A stretch of DNA of 64,000 bases from Octopus sinensis (GCF_006345805.1 NW_021832855.1:32211-96210); one strand, 5' to 3'; positions 1 through 12,545 are shown, counted from the stretch's first letter. Translations and numbers: made by a program. The notes: generated by a model not told the origin, from the letters alone.

Positions 1-59
1 TAAGGAGGATAATTTTAATATACATGCTTTATAACATAAGAGACTTTATATAATAGAGT

Positions 60-1075
60 TAGGTTCAATCTCAAGTAAAATTTTGAAGATAAGATTTTGG
101 CGAGATTTATTGAGTAAAATAAAGCTTTTTTTTTGTTATTCAGTAGGTGTTTGGAACATAAATGGCCCTTACATTAAATTATGAAGGGGAATTTTAATTT
201 AATGTGTAATCTTTATAAAATAGGGTTTATATTTATAGAACCAAGTTCAATTTCAGATAGAATTTTGAAATAATCAAGATTCAGGTAGACTTATGATAAA
301 AATCTAAATTTATCAAAGTGTAAAATACAAGGTTTATTTCATTGAACCAAGTTCAATCTCAGCAAGAAATTTTAAAATAACTGAGATTTGGTACAAATTA
401 TTCAATAAATTAATTAATCAGTTGATGTCTGGAACATAATTAAAAAAATGAGCATTAAATTATGAAGGAAACTTCAAATTTATCATATGAATACTATAAA
501 AGAGGTTTTAATTCACAAAGTCAGGTTCAATTTTAGTCAGAATTTTGAAAATAAAGAAGGTTTTAAAAGGGATTTATTTAGTAAACTCATTATTTAGTTG
601 GTGTCTGGAATCTAACAAAACAATTTTTCATTAAATTATGAGAGAAAGACTTAATTTATCACATCAACGCTATAAAATAGCCTTTAAATCCATAGAACCC
701 GGTTCAATTTCAGATAGAATGTTGAAAGTAAGGAAGAGTTTTGGGGTTAGATTTATTCAGTGATCATTACATTAAATTATGAAGGGAAGGTTTTTTTTTA
801 ATTTCACATATCAACTTTGTGAAATAGATTTTATTTCATAGAACCATGATCAATCTCAGATAGTATTTTGGAAATAATGAAAATTTTTGGAAGGATTTAC
901 TTGATAAAATAAGGATTTTTTTCATTTTTCCATTGTTGTCCGCAACAAAACAAAATATCTTATTAAATTAAGGTGGAAAGTTTTATTTTACAAATGATTT
1001 TTATATAAAATATGAAGTCTTTATATCCTAGAATCAGAGGGCAGTCTTGGGCAAGTTGGCATCAAAAGGGATAAG
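60..1075. repeat. Highly degenerate AT-rich tandem array (about 100-185 bp units) related to the TTAA MITE family
   Basis: Recurrent motifs (g/a)gttcaat..., ttttgaaa(a)taa, tggaacataa, cattaaattatgaagg; TIR-like ggcatcaaaaggga near 1058-1072. Confidence 0.55.
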
Positions 1076-2465
1076 GGTGTTTTTGACAATTGATAATATT
1101 GAATTTCGTGGCAAGGAATTTATCAACAGAGATTCCACAAATAAAATATTATATTTTGTTTGTTTTTTTCAATCATATTTTTCCCTGAAAACCTACTAAA
1201 ACCACTGTAGCCACCCAAGCAAATAACCACCAAATTGTGAGTTATATATGGTGAGATTTTTAATTCAAACGAACTGGCTGTGGTTTATCAGATTGGTAGA
1301 TGGCAATCCAATAAGTTTGTAGATATGAAAAAAAGAAATGAATTCAGTATACACAATTCAGGCAGTTAAATTAAAATAGCAACTTATGTATCAAACTCAA
1401 TGTATACACACTGTCGATAAGGCCAGTTACTGTAGTATTTGTCCTGACATAGCATCTCTCAATAATTTTCATAGATGAAAATTTGTCTCAGCAATGACCT
1501 GCAAGAACATCAGATGCCTTTAAACTTTTTGGGGGCCCATCTCAAATGACACGTACTCCCTGCCAGCTCTGTCTGCTTGGACAAGAAGTCATTGCTTGCA
1601 CCACTGAGAAAGCCCAAAAATGCTGAAATGCATTTGACATTCTCTCTTGCTGTTGTTGGGATGGATTGTTGTCTCTCTTTCTAATGTTTGTGCTTATTTT
1701 TTAACACAGCAAGTTCATTAAGAGATGTTATCTCAGGAAAAACACAGCAGCAACTTGCCTATCAAATGACTCATAGTGGACTAAAGAAAAACTTTTTGAA
1801 ATAAGTTAATTTGCCATGAGGAATGAGAAATCTGTTTTTTGGGGGCATTTGTCTTTCTTTAGAGTGAAAAAAAAATATGGGAAAAAAAAAGAAAAAGAAT
1901 TTGAGACCAATATTGTGGGATTGTGGGGTGAGTAGATGCTGAAACAAATATTTGTAGAAAAAGTTTTGGAAAGACATTGATTTGGCATAAAGACAAAAAA
2001 TAATGTTCGGTTCTCATGTTGTATAAATGCGTTGGTAAAATTGGTAAAACATTCACAGACATTTGCAAAATATATATATAACCTCTTTGTTACCATATTT
2101 CTACAGAAAGTACTCTGCCTGTGTTTCAAATAATTTTGAAATGAAGAATTTAGTGAAATAACTTTGTTCGTATTAAAGTGCGGTTTGGAACATAAATCAA
2201 CTTGATATTCAGATCGTTATAAAACAAGGAATTTTTACAATTAGAACCAAGGACAATCTTCAGTGGATTGGTATCAAAATGGTTGACCACTTTGTCACCA
2301 CACTTCTGTAGAAATATTCTACATCGGTTTCAAATAATTTTGAAATGATGGATTTAATGAAATAACTTTGTTCTTACAAAAGTGGTTTTTGGAACATAAA
2401 TTAACTTGATATTCAGATCATTATAAAACAAGGAATTTATGTTATGGAAATAAGATGGTCTAGAG

Positions 2466-4339
2466 CAGGGGGTCACCAAACTTTTTTCACGACAGGTCAG
2501 ATAACTACGAGAATGACAAGCGCGGGCTGCATATCCATTTTGTTCGATTCAACACAGTGATTACACAAAAAATAAAGACAACTGACATTTATTTACTAAA
2601 AAGTTATCAAAGAAGGGGACGTTAGCAATAAAATATATCATACCCTGTATGCACATATCTGAATATCACAAACTAAGCAGCAAAAAATATTAGTGAGATT
2701 TGCGAAACAGGTGTTAAGCTTTTAAGATGTCATCAATATTTGCTTTGGAATTGCTGCATCCGACCAAGAGAATTGCTTTCAAATGTTCATAAGTCAACCT
2801 CGTTCGATGTGCTGACTTCACATCCTTCATTTTTGAAAATGTTTGCTCACAGACAGAAGTTGTTCCAAACACTGATGCCATACCAGAGGCAAATTTCTTC
2901 GACTTGAAAAACTCATCAACAGGTAAACAGTGACAAGATTCTACAAGTTTTCCTTCTCCGTGCTTCTCTTTCAACAAGTCATTTGCTTGCAAACTAATTA
3001 ACACCAACTGTAATTTAACCGGCACATCATCAAGGTTACAATCAAACGGATTCAGGAACAGAAGAATGTCCCTCTCAGTTCTGTTGAGATCTGAAAATCT
3101 CTCAAAAAAAAATGCTTATTTAAGTCACAAATAATCTTCTTTGGAAACATTAGGTTAACATCTTCTGCAATTCCAGTGTGAAATTCTTTGAAACACTGAA
3201 AATGAGAGAATTTTCCTCTTTCCAGTTGTGCTTCAAATAATGATAGCTTTCTCCAAAATCCTTTGATGATTTTGTAGAGATCACAGATAAGCTTATCCGT
3301 TCCCTGAAGTTTGAAGTTCAATTCATTCATGTGGGATGTGAAGTCAACCAAAAATGATGACTTTGACAGCCAGGTAGGATCTGACAGAAGAGAATCACCT
3401 TTGTCCTTTTTCGGTGAGAAAAATATCTATTTCTCTTTGGAGCTTATAAAAACAAAACAGGACTTTACTGCAGCTGAGATACTTTAGTGCTGTGTGATAA
3501 GGCAAGTCACAGAATTCAGAATCAATTCCTTCAATAAATAAAGCTCACCACAGAAACGACTGGTTTCAGTCCGCAAAAAATATCCAAGTCTTTCCCACAG
3601 AGTGCTTGCTGATGTATAAACGCAATGTATAAACAGAACGCTCAGGAGTTGAAGATCTTCCAACTTAGTCCTGATCTGCCCCACCAGACCCTTCCTCACT
3701 CCAGCCATGTTTTTTTTTCCACTGCATCAATAGAAACACATCAAAACTGATTCAACTACAGGTTATCATCTTGCTAAGTTTTCTGCACTTCCATGGAAAT
3801 CCCTCCTCCAATTCTTGTTCTGTGCATGCTGCAAATAGATGCCAACTTTTCTGTGATCTGAAAGTCCAAATTAACACCACAAATGAACACAAGAAGTTGT
3901 GATGTACCTGAGAGATCAGTAGACTCATCCAGTGCCAGAGAATACCAAAAGAAGTTCCTAGCTTTCTCATGTATCTGTAGCACTATGTTCCCTCCAAGTT
4001 CCTCTGTCCTCTGCGCAACTGAACTTGCTGAAAGGCTGATACTTCCAAACAAATCAGCTTTCTCAGGGCACAAGTCATTCACTGCTTCTATCATACATTC
4101 TTTGATAAAGTTGCCATCAGTAAATGGTTTTCCTTATGCATTATTTTGTAGCTTGTATGAGTGACAAATTCATTTTCAGCAAACATTCTCACGAAGAAAA
4201 TGTTTTAAAACACAATCACTGCAGAAATAAACTCTCAAAGCAGGTACTTACATAAAAGGTACAATGCGGTGGCAGTGGGCCAGATGAACTGACCTCACAG
4301 GCCAGATCCGGCTCATGGGCCATAGTTTGGTGACCCCTG
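2466..4339 (-). mobile_element. hAT DNA transposon (Charlie/Buster/SPIN-like), decayed transposase, both ends intact
   Basis: TIRs CAGGGG(G)TCACCAAACT at 2466 and 4339. Perfect 8-bp TSD GTCTAGAG (2458-2465, 4340-4347) fitting the NTCTAGAN preference. Frameshifted transposase pieces: YSLALDESTD, GVRKGLVGQI, HMNELNFKLQG, FGTTSVCEQTFSKMK. Confidence 0.93.
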
Positions 4340-5205
4340 GTCTAGAGCGGGTTAACCTTGTTGTTATCATATTTCAGCAGAAATACACTGCATTTGTTTT
4401 TAAATCGTTTTGTAAAAAATGAAGAATTTAGTAAAATACTTTTGTTCTTATTAAAGTGGTTTTTGGATCATAAATTACCATGAGGTCTTGATAGAAGGTT
4501 CTAATTCAGATCACTTCAAAATAGGGAATTGGCATCATAGAACTAAAGGTTAATTGTAAATGGTTAACCATTTTGTTATCATATTTCTGTTGAAATAGTC
4601 TGCCTAGAATTTAAGTAATTTTGAAATTAATGAAGAATTTGGTGAAATTACTTTGTCATTTCTAAGCTGGTGTTTGGAACAGAGATTAACATGGAATTTT
4701 GGTGGAAGGTTTTAATTTAGACTACATCATCATCATCATCATCATCGTTTAACGTCCGTTTTCCATGCTGGCATGGGTTGGACGGTTTAACTGGGGTCTG
4801 TGAAGCCAGAAGGCTGCACCAGGCCCAGTCTGATCTGGCAATGTTTCTACAGCTGGATGCCCTTCCTAACGCCAACCACTCCGTGAGTGTAGTGGGTGCT
4901 TTTTACGTGCCACCAGCACGGGGGCCAGGCGAGGCTGGCAACGGCCACAATCGGATGGTGTTTTTTACGTGCCACTGGCACGGGGGCCAGGCAAGGCTGG
5001 CAACGGCCACGAACGGATAGTGCTTAAGTTTTTATCATAGAACTAGGGGCAGTTTCAGGTGGGTTGGTGCCAAAAGGGTTAACCCTTTTGTTACCATGTC
5101 TGTTGAAATATACTGCCTTTATTTGCATTAATTTTGAAAATAAAACAAACTTTAGTAAAAGAATTCTGTCATTATGGAACCAGTAACTGGAAAATAAATT
5201 AACAT

Positions 5206-5617
5206 GGCGCAGGAGTGGCTGTGTGGTAAGTAGCTTGCTAATCAACCACATGGTTCCGGGTTCAGTCCCACTGCGTGGCATCTTGGGCAAGTGTCTTCTG
5301 CTATAGCCCCAGGTCGACCAATGCCTTGTGAGTGGATTTGGTAGACGGAAACTGAAAGAAGCCTGTCGTATATATGTATATATATATAAGTGTGTGTGTA
5401 TATGTTTGTGTGTCTGTGTTTGTCCCCCTAGCATTGCTTGACAACCGATGCTGGTGTGTTTACGTCGCCGTCACTTAGCGGTTCGGCGAAAGAGACCAAT
5501 AGAATAAGTACTGGGCTTACAAAAGAATAAGTCCCGGGGTCGATTTGCTCGACTAAAGGCGGTGCTCCAGCATGGCCGCAGTCAAATGACTGAAACAAGT
5601 AAAAGAGTAAAAGAGTA
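5206..5617 (+). mobile_element. Dominant tRNA-derived SINE of about 400 bp with internal TA/TG microsatellite and (AAAAGAGT)n tail
   Basis: A-box TGGCTGTGTGG, B-box GGTTCAGTCCC, then TTGGGCAAGTGTCTT; about 25 copies in the window. Confidence 0.9.
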
Positions 5618-6014
5618 TGGAATTTTTTGATGGAAGAATGTTAGATTATGTTAAAGCAAGAAGTTTGTCTGAAAGAACTAGATGGGTCTCAGGTGGGTTG
5701 GTGCCAAAAGGGTTAACCGTTTTGTTACTCTATTTCTGTTGTAATATAATGCCTTTGTTTCAATTCAAAATAATGAAGAATTTAGTGGAATAACTTTTTC
5801 TTGATAATCTTGTGTTTGGAACATGAATTAACATGAAATTTTAATGGAAGGTTTTAATTTAGGCCTTTTATCACTTCAAAATTATAAACTTTGTCACATG
5901 GAACCAGGAGGAATCTCAGGCAGAGTTGGTATCAAAAAAGGTTACTAAGGAATTAATAATAATATAAATAAATAAAATGGAAATTTTTTTTGAAAAATAG
6001 TTTTTTTTCTTCCA

Positions 6015-6020
6015 TTTATT
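6015..6020 (-). promoter_or_regulatory. Candidate polyadenylation signal AATAAA of ASB-like gene
   Basis: tttatt on plus strand about 36 nt past the stop codon. In such AT-rich DNA this can be chance. Confidence 0.3.
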
Positions 6021-6055
6021 TATGCGGCTTTTGTGTGTGTTTTGTAAGAACTCTC

Positions 6056-6359
6056 CTAATCTGAATATGTTAAGAATCCTTTTAGTCTGACTGGAATCGG
6101 TAGTTCTTTGACGCAACTCAAGATCTCTCGGTCACCACGAATCCCTAACAGATAGTTCCGAATATACTGACGACAGAGACAGGACAATGTCCAAGGGGAG
6201 GATCTCATGCTTTTCAACCATTCATGGAATCGTGATTGTTCTTCTGTTTTGCCTGGTAAATCAATCCAACCTTCTTGGTTTAGGTTCCAACCAGCTTGGA
6301 CCAGAAAACGTGCAGCTTCAAAGCAACCATTCCAGACAAGCCAACAAAGTGGAGAGTTT
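6056..6359 (-). CDS. ASB-like gene, terminal coding exon with SOCS box
   Basis: Polypyrimidine acceptor ttctctttctcttccacAG| at 6360-6361, phase 2. Encodes NSPLCWLVWNG...PWTLSCLCRQYIRNYL (BC-box-like)...VKELPIPVRLKGFLTYSD* (Cul5-box-like LPxP), TAG at 6056-6058. Total CDS 1084+196+304=1584 nt, 527 aa. Confidence 0.9.
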
Positions 6360-7060
6360 CTGTGGAAGAGAAAGAGAAACACAGATTATATATATCATAT
6401 AGATATATATATATATAAATTCAGCAAAAATTTAGATTCAAATGAATATGGTACTTAATTTAGATGCACCAGAATTTTGTATGGTGTTATCCATAAAAAT
6501 TTGTGGGGTGATTATAATCAAAATAAGCAACAAGAATGACTCCGGTAATTTGGTATTTAAGATGCTGAGTACTCATCAGCCAATTATAGAGGTTTTCCAT
6601 TAATACAAAAATTTTCAAATCAAGTGGCAACATTATAGAGAAGGTAGATATACAGACAAAGATGTGGATTTAAATTTTAAGAACACATAAGGTAGTGAAG
6701 TCCTTCCACTGACTGACCAAGATATGGCTGTTCCTAACTGCTATAAGGTTAGAAGTAATAAAGATTTTTTAATTGTAGAAATGGGGTAAGGGAGGTTTCA
6801 GAATACCATAAAAGGAATTCATGTTGAAGACAGCAATTGCCACTAACAAATACCAATTACTGCTATTTGGTGAGAGAACCTAGGTCAATGTCAAATGGTT
6901 TTAATCCCATTTACAGAGATTATAATTTAGAGAAAAAAAAATGGGGGAAAAACCAATCACTTATTATTATGAGTAGGCATAGTATTTTATAACTAGGGGA
7001 AAGCCTTATTAATTTTAAAGCTAGATTAAATTTAGAAAAAAATTCCAATTTCAATATATA

Positions 7061-7311
7061 TATTATATAGAGGGCATTATTACACATAAATGCCACATGC
7101 TACGAGGGACTCTTAAAGTCAAAACTACTAAAATAAATAAACATATCGTATCAAATACAACTCTCAAAGAAAGTAATTTAAAAACAGAATTCAAATGACT
7201 TGCTTTGAGAGTTGGTTTTGGTATGATGTGTTTATTTATTTTAGTAGTTTTGACTTTAAGAGTCCCTCCTAGCATGTGGCATCTATGTGTAATAATGCCC
7301 TCTATATAATA
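7061..7311. repeat. 109-bp-arm inverted repeat (MITE-like or fold-back)
   Basis: Arms 7061-7169 and 7203-7311; the outer 85 bp have 2 mismatches; TA-rich flanks. Confidence 0.9.
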
Positions 7312-7637
7312 TAAATAAATAAATATATTTAAGTGAAAAAATTGATGGATTTTTTCTCTTATGAGGTCTTTCACACTAACTACTTGATAAATTCTTATGA
7401 AGATTTTATCCTATTTTTAAATTGTATATATATATATATATATAATATATATTATTATATATATATCTACAGGGTGCTTAATGTATTGGTGAAAAGTCAA
7501 TGGCATTGGAGAGCATAAAGATTAAAGTTGTAGTTGAAAGAAAGTTAGCTGACATGCTAATGATTCTACCAGTCACTGCCTTAATAATAATAATAATAAT
7601 AATAATAATGATAATAATAATAATAATAAAATAATAA

Positions 7638-8186
7638 ATGCCCTGATGCAGTACCAGACAGCGGCTCTCATGGCTTCTGATCTTAACTGATTGGAAGTGT
7701 TATCATGTACATTGTTTTGTCTTGGTATAAAAGAGGGCTACAGCAAATGTTCTGGCTCAATACCACAGACTGCTTGTCAGTTGTTTGACCTTAACCAGTT
7801 GAGCAAGTCCCTTAGTGGCTGACGATATGTGCATCTCTGATCACGAGCAGAAGTAGTGGGGGGCATCATAGCCATGTGTTGTGAGGGATTCTTTGGGGTT
7901 TGAATAATTCACTCTGGAAACAGGGTGGTTCTTTCAACATCCTTAAACAACCTTATTCAGGGACCTTTGAGTGGGATGGGCTACTCAACCTGAAGAAAAT
8001 TCTAACTGGGTCCCACCTGCAAGGTCATGTGCTGTTTATCTTGATATGAGATCACCATGTCGCGAAATATGGTTGTGATGCATGTGCCTGGTGTACCCTT
8101 ATCAGACGGGTAGTCATGATGGGTATATTGGGCTTCGTATATTTTACCCCAGTGTCACTTTGATGGCATGCACTGCTCTCTCACTC
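7638..8186. mobile_element. About 550-bp interspersed element embedded in (AAT)n
   Basis: (AAT)n on both sides (about 7585-7637 and 8187-8245); a homologous segment at 17358-18162 shows it is repeated. Confidence 0.65.
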
Positions 8187-8545
8187 AATAATAATAATAA
8201 TAATAAATAATAATAATGATAATAATAATAATAATAATAATAATAGTTTCAAATTTTGGCACAAGGCCAGCATTTCAAATGGGGAGAAAAATATCGAAAA
8301 AAATCAATACATGTCAGTGCTGATAAGTATCTAAGTGCTGATATCATGACTGCTGCTCAATGCTCTCTGTTACACAGTAAAGGCTGTAAGATGGAACAGA
8401 CAGGGAGTCTGCCTGAGTTGAACTTCTTCCCTGTATCGCTTGAACTTTATTTATATATATATATACATAATGCCACTAAGCCTTTTGCCCAGATTGCTAA
8501 CGACTCTGCCAGTTTGCAGCCTTAATAATAATAATTTGCTCTTTC

Positions 8546-8748
8546 TACTCTTTTACTTGTTTCGGTCATTTGACTGCGGCCATGCTGGAGCAGTGCCTTT
8601 AGTCGAGCAAATCGACCCCGAGACTTATTCTTTGTAAGCCCAGTACTTATTCTATCGTTCTCTTTTGCCGAACCGCTAAGTGACGGGGACGTAAACACAC
8701 CAGCATCGGTTGTCAAGCAATGCTAGGGGGACAAACACAGACACACAA

Positions 8749-8780
<32 letters not shown>

Positions 8781-8946
8781 TTATACGACAGGCTTCTTTC
8801 AGTTTCCGTCTACCAAATCCACTCACAAGGCATTGGTCGGCCTGGGGCTATAGCAGAAGACACTTGCCCAAGATGACATTCAGTGGGACTGAACCCGGAA
8901 CCATGTGGTTGGTTAGCAAGCTACTTACCACACAGCCACTCCTGCG
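8546..8946 (-). mobile_element. Dominant SINE copy
   Basis: Full-length reverse match to 5206-5617. Confidence 0.9.
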
Positions 8947-8959
8947 AATAATAATAATA

Positions 8960-10340
8960 ATAATCCTTTCTACTCTAAGCACAAGGCCTGAAATTTTGGG
9001 GGAGGGTGAAGTCAATCACATCGGACCCCAGTGCGTGACTGGTATTTAATTTATCAACCCTGGAAAAAAGAAAGGCAAAGTTGACCCCAGTGGAATTTGA
9101 ACTCAGAATGTAAAGCGGGACGAAATACCTATTTCTTTACTACCCACAAGGGGCTAAACAGAGAGGGGACAAACAAGGACAGACAAACGGATTAAGTCGA
9201 TTATATCGACCTCAGTGCGTAACTGGTACTTATTTAATTGACCCTGAAAGGATGAAAGGCAAAGTCAACCTCGGCGGAATTTGAACTCAGAACGTACCGG
9301 CAGACGAAATACCTATTTCTTTACTACCCACAAGGGGCTAAACACAGAGAGGACAAACAAGGACAGACAAATGGATTAAGTCGATTATATCATTGAACCA
9401 ATCCTATGACTGGCACCCGGCAGTTGCCAGGGCCGCTAGACTGACCTCTGTGCAGGTGGCAAGTAAAGAAACACCGTTTCGACCCTGTGCCTGAGGAGAT
9501 CCATTGAGTCAAGTACATCAACATCAAAAATCAAATGGAAACCGCAGCTGTGATCCCTGTGCCTGTGGCACGTAAAAAGCACCATCCGAACGTGGCCTTG
9601 ACAGGCTTCTGTGCCGGTGGCACATAAAAAGGACCAATCCAATCATGGCCGTTTGCCAGCCTCCCCTGGCACCTGTGCCGGTGGCACATAAAAAGCACCC
9701 ACTACACTCACGGAGTGGTTGGCATTAGGAAGAGCATCCAGCTGTAGAAACACTGCCAGATCAGACTGGAGTTTGGTGCAGCCTTCTGGCTTCCCAGACC
9801 CCGGTCGAACCGTCCAACCCATGCTAGCATGGAAAACGGACGTTAAATGATGATGATGATGATGATGATATCGACCCCAGTGCGTAACTGGTACTTATTT
9901 AATCAACCCCGAAAGGATGAAAGGCAAAGTCGACCTCGGCGGAATTTGAACTCAGAACATAACGGCAGACGAAATACCTATTTCTTTACTACCCACAAAG
10001 AGGACAAACAAGGACAGACAAACGTATTAAGTTGATTACATCAATCCCAGTGCATAACTTGTACTTAATTTATTGACCCCCGAAAGGATGAAAGGCAAAG
10101 TTGACCTCGGCAGAATTTGAACTCAGAACATAGCGGCAGATGAAATACCTATATCTTTACTACCCACAAGGGGCTAAACAGAGAGAAGGCAAACAGATTA
10201 AGTCGATTATATTGACCCCAGTGCATAACTGGTAATTATTTAATCGACCCCCGAAAGGATGAAAGGCAAAGTCAACCTCAGCGAAATTTGAACTCAGAAC
10301 GTAACCGCAGACGAGATACCACTAAGCATTTTGGCCAGCC
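8960..10340 (-). repeat. Head-to-tail array (about 175-185 bp period) of a tRNA-derived SINE with GCCTTTCATCCTTTCGGGGTCGA core
   Basis: Six or seven copies of gaaaggatgaaaggcaaagtcgacctcggcggaatttgaactcagaac; interrupted at about 9392-9868 by a (GAT)n-tailed element. Confidence 0.85.
9392..9868 (+). mobile_element. (GAT)n-tailed retroposon with GTTGGCRTTAGGAAGRGCATCCAGC core and TGGCAC subrepeats
   Basis: Ends ...ccaacccatgctagcatggaaaacggacgttaaa(tga)n. Further copies at about 4726-5012 (-), 12840-13527 (-), 14488-15150 (-), 21425-22015 (-), 23772-23942 (+), 28090-28612 (+), 40826-41050 (-), 42152-42452 (-), 43820-43980 (+), 46267-46640 (-), 50430-50655 (+), 53760-53960 (-). Confidence 0.85.
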
Positions 10341-10778
10341 TGCTAACAATTCTACCCACAACACACCTTAATAACAACAAGAACAATAAAAAAACTATAC
10401 AAAAAATATTTTTAAAAAAACAGTCAATATGGGAACGAGAAACACAAAAGGAAATATCTCGTTAATGGAAACTACAAATTGATTACAACTGCACATATTT
10501 TATGTCTGGGCACCTAAGTATATCTCGGTGCTTTGACCTACATTGTATTTGGCCATCTACCAGAACTTACCTGAACTTACCTAAACCCATAGTTAATTAA
10601 TTACCTCATATTAATTACCTGATCTTATTCAACGAAAGCAATTATATTTCCTCAATGAACATATTTTTTTTTCCCATTTTTTTTGTTTGTTTATTTTTGT
10701 TTTGCCTTTTTTTTTTTGTTTGCATAATTACTTCCCTGCAACCTTGGCGCATTCTTGCCTTTCACTGAGGGAGCCGAG

Positions 10779-10815
<37 letters not shown>

Positions 10816-10973
10816 CTCTCTCTCCTTTCTCTCTCTCTCTTTCTCTCTCTCCTATGCAGTCATTGGATATGACCTGCCCCTTCCTGCACAATAATCATGC
10901 TTTTGACTGAGGAAGTGTCTCCTATGTGGTCAATAAAAACGCTAGAAATAGCAACCAAATCTATGTATTTATA

Positions 10974-11396
10974 GGCGCAGGAGTGGCTGTGTGGTAAGTA
11001 GCTTGCTTACCAACCACATGGTTCCGGGTTCAGTCCCACTGCATGGCACCTTGGGTAAGTGTCTTCTACTATAGCCTCGGGCCGACCAATGCCTTGTGAG
11101 TGGATTTGGTAGACGGAAACTGAAAGAAGCCCATCGTATATATGTATATATATATATATATGTGTGTATGTGTGTGTGTATGTTTGTGTGTCTGTGTTTG
11201 TCCCCCTAGCATTGCTTGACAACTGATGCTGGTGTATTTATGTCCCCGTTACTTAGTGGTTCAGCAAAAGAGACCGATAGAATAAGTACTGGGCTTACAA
11301 AGAATAAGTCCTGGGGTCGATTTGTTCGACTAAAGGCGGTGCTCCAGCATGGCCGCAGTCAAATGACTGAAACAAGTAAAAAGTGTAAAGAGAGTA
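10974..11396 (+). mobile_element. Dominant SINE copy
   Basis: Full-length match. Confidence 0.9.
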
Positions 11397-11656
11397 TTTC
11401 ATATCCAGTGTAACGGTACCAATTGATTCTGGGATGTATTTAGCAGCATCTGCTGCATCCTTTCGCTGCATCCTTTCACTGCATCCTTGTTTTCAACTGA
11501 GGAACCTTCTCTGACATGAGCAATAAAAATGCTAGAAATAACAACCAAATTATTTAGTGCCCAGCAAGATGCCATCATTTGGTTCTACTTACCTTAGACT
11601 GAGAGAGAGCCTCTACTATGTGGTCAATGGAAATGCTAGAAATAGCAACCAAATGG

Positions 11657-11885
11657 TGGTGGTGGCGGTGGAGGAGGAGGGGGAGGGGGAGGGGGGAGGA
11701 GAAAGTGGACAAGGAAGAGGTGAAAGAGGAAGAAGACGAGGAAGAGCACATGGAAGAGGTGAAAAAAGAAGACGAGGAAGAGCACATGGGGGAGGAGGGG
11801 AGGAGGAAGAGGAGGAGGAGAAGAAGAAGGGAGGAGGAGAAGAAGAAGGGAGGAGGAGGAGGGGGGAGGAGAGAAAAGAAAGAAA
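11657..11885. repeat. (GGA/GAA)n purine-rich simple repeat
   Basis: Directly visible; 70 bp from the exon 2 donor. Confidence 0.9.
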
Positions 11886-11952
11886 GTAGCATCAGCAAGA
11901 ATTACCTGATATGCAAAAAACCCCGGCAAAACTGCCCAGTGGCCAAACTTAC

Positions 11953-12148
11953 CTGTTCGGACTGTGGTGTGATACTTTGGCACCAGCGCCAATAAGGATC
12001 CGGAGAGAGGAGACAGGTACCACCTGCCCCATAACACAGGTGCACGCTGTAGAATGCAGAGGTGTGAAGCCACGACTGTCTTGGCAGTTGATGTAGGCAC
12101 CAAATTCTAGCAAGCGGCTGATTATCCTATCAGATTCTTCACGGCTAC
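11953..12148 (-). CDS. ASB-like gene, coding exon 2 (196 nt, ankyrin repeat)
   Basis: Not in the ORF track in this frame. Acceptor ctgctgtAG| at 12149-12150 and donor AACAG|GTAAGT at 11952. Translates (C)SREESDRIISRLLEFGAYINCQDSRGFTPLHSTACTCVMGQVVPVSSLRILIGAGAKVSHHSPN(R). Phase 1 in and phase 2 out exactly bridge exons 1 and 3. Confidence 0.9.
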
Positions 12149-12196
12149 CTACAGCAGGGATTGAAACAGAAAGAATTTCAGTAAGAGTTTTACTTT

Positions 12197-12545
12197 CACA
12201 TCATCATTATCATCATCAACAACATCATCATCATAACTACCAATACCACCACCACCATCACCACCATCATCATCATCATCGTTATCATGATCATCATAAC
12301 TACCAATACCATCATCATCATCGGCATCATCATCATAACAACCAATACCATCATCATCATCATCATCATCGTCATCATTGTCATCATCATCATCGTCATC
12401 ATCATCATCGTCATCATCATCATCATCATCATTGTCATCATCGACATGATCATCATCATCGTCATCCTCCTCATCATCATCATTATCATCATCATCGTCA
12501 TCATCATCATCATAACTACCAATACCATCATCATCATCATCAACA
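12197..12545. repeat. (CAT)n compound microsatellite
   Basis: Directly visible; source of the poly-Met/poly-Ile ORFs. Confidence 0.95.

Larger units (their letters stand above)
2085..5945 (-). repeat. Head-to-tail array of piggyBac-like TTAA MITEs (about 200-230 bp), split by hAT and SINE insertions
   Basis: Junctions such as GGTGCCAAAAGGG-TTAA-CCCTTTTGTTACCA (about 5067-5096) and near 2272, 4349, 4560, 5700. Internal gaagaatttagtgaaataactttg and tggaacataaattaac match the reverse complement of 47006-47227. Confidence 0.7.

Noticed and set aside
1711-1803. Plus-strand acceptor (ttttttaacacAG) with a 30-codon open frame
   Set aside because: No recognisable domain or partner exon; could be chance.
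5024-5434. Recurrent MLGGQTQTH...RQASFSFRLPNPLTR ORF family
   Set aside because: Antisense reading of the dominant SINE; recurs wherever the SINE does.
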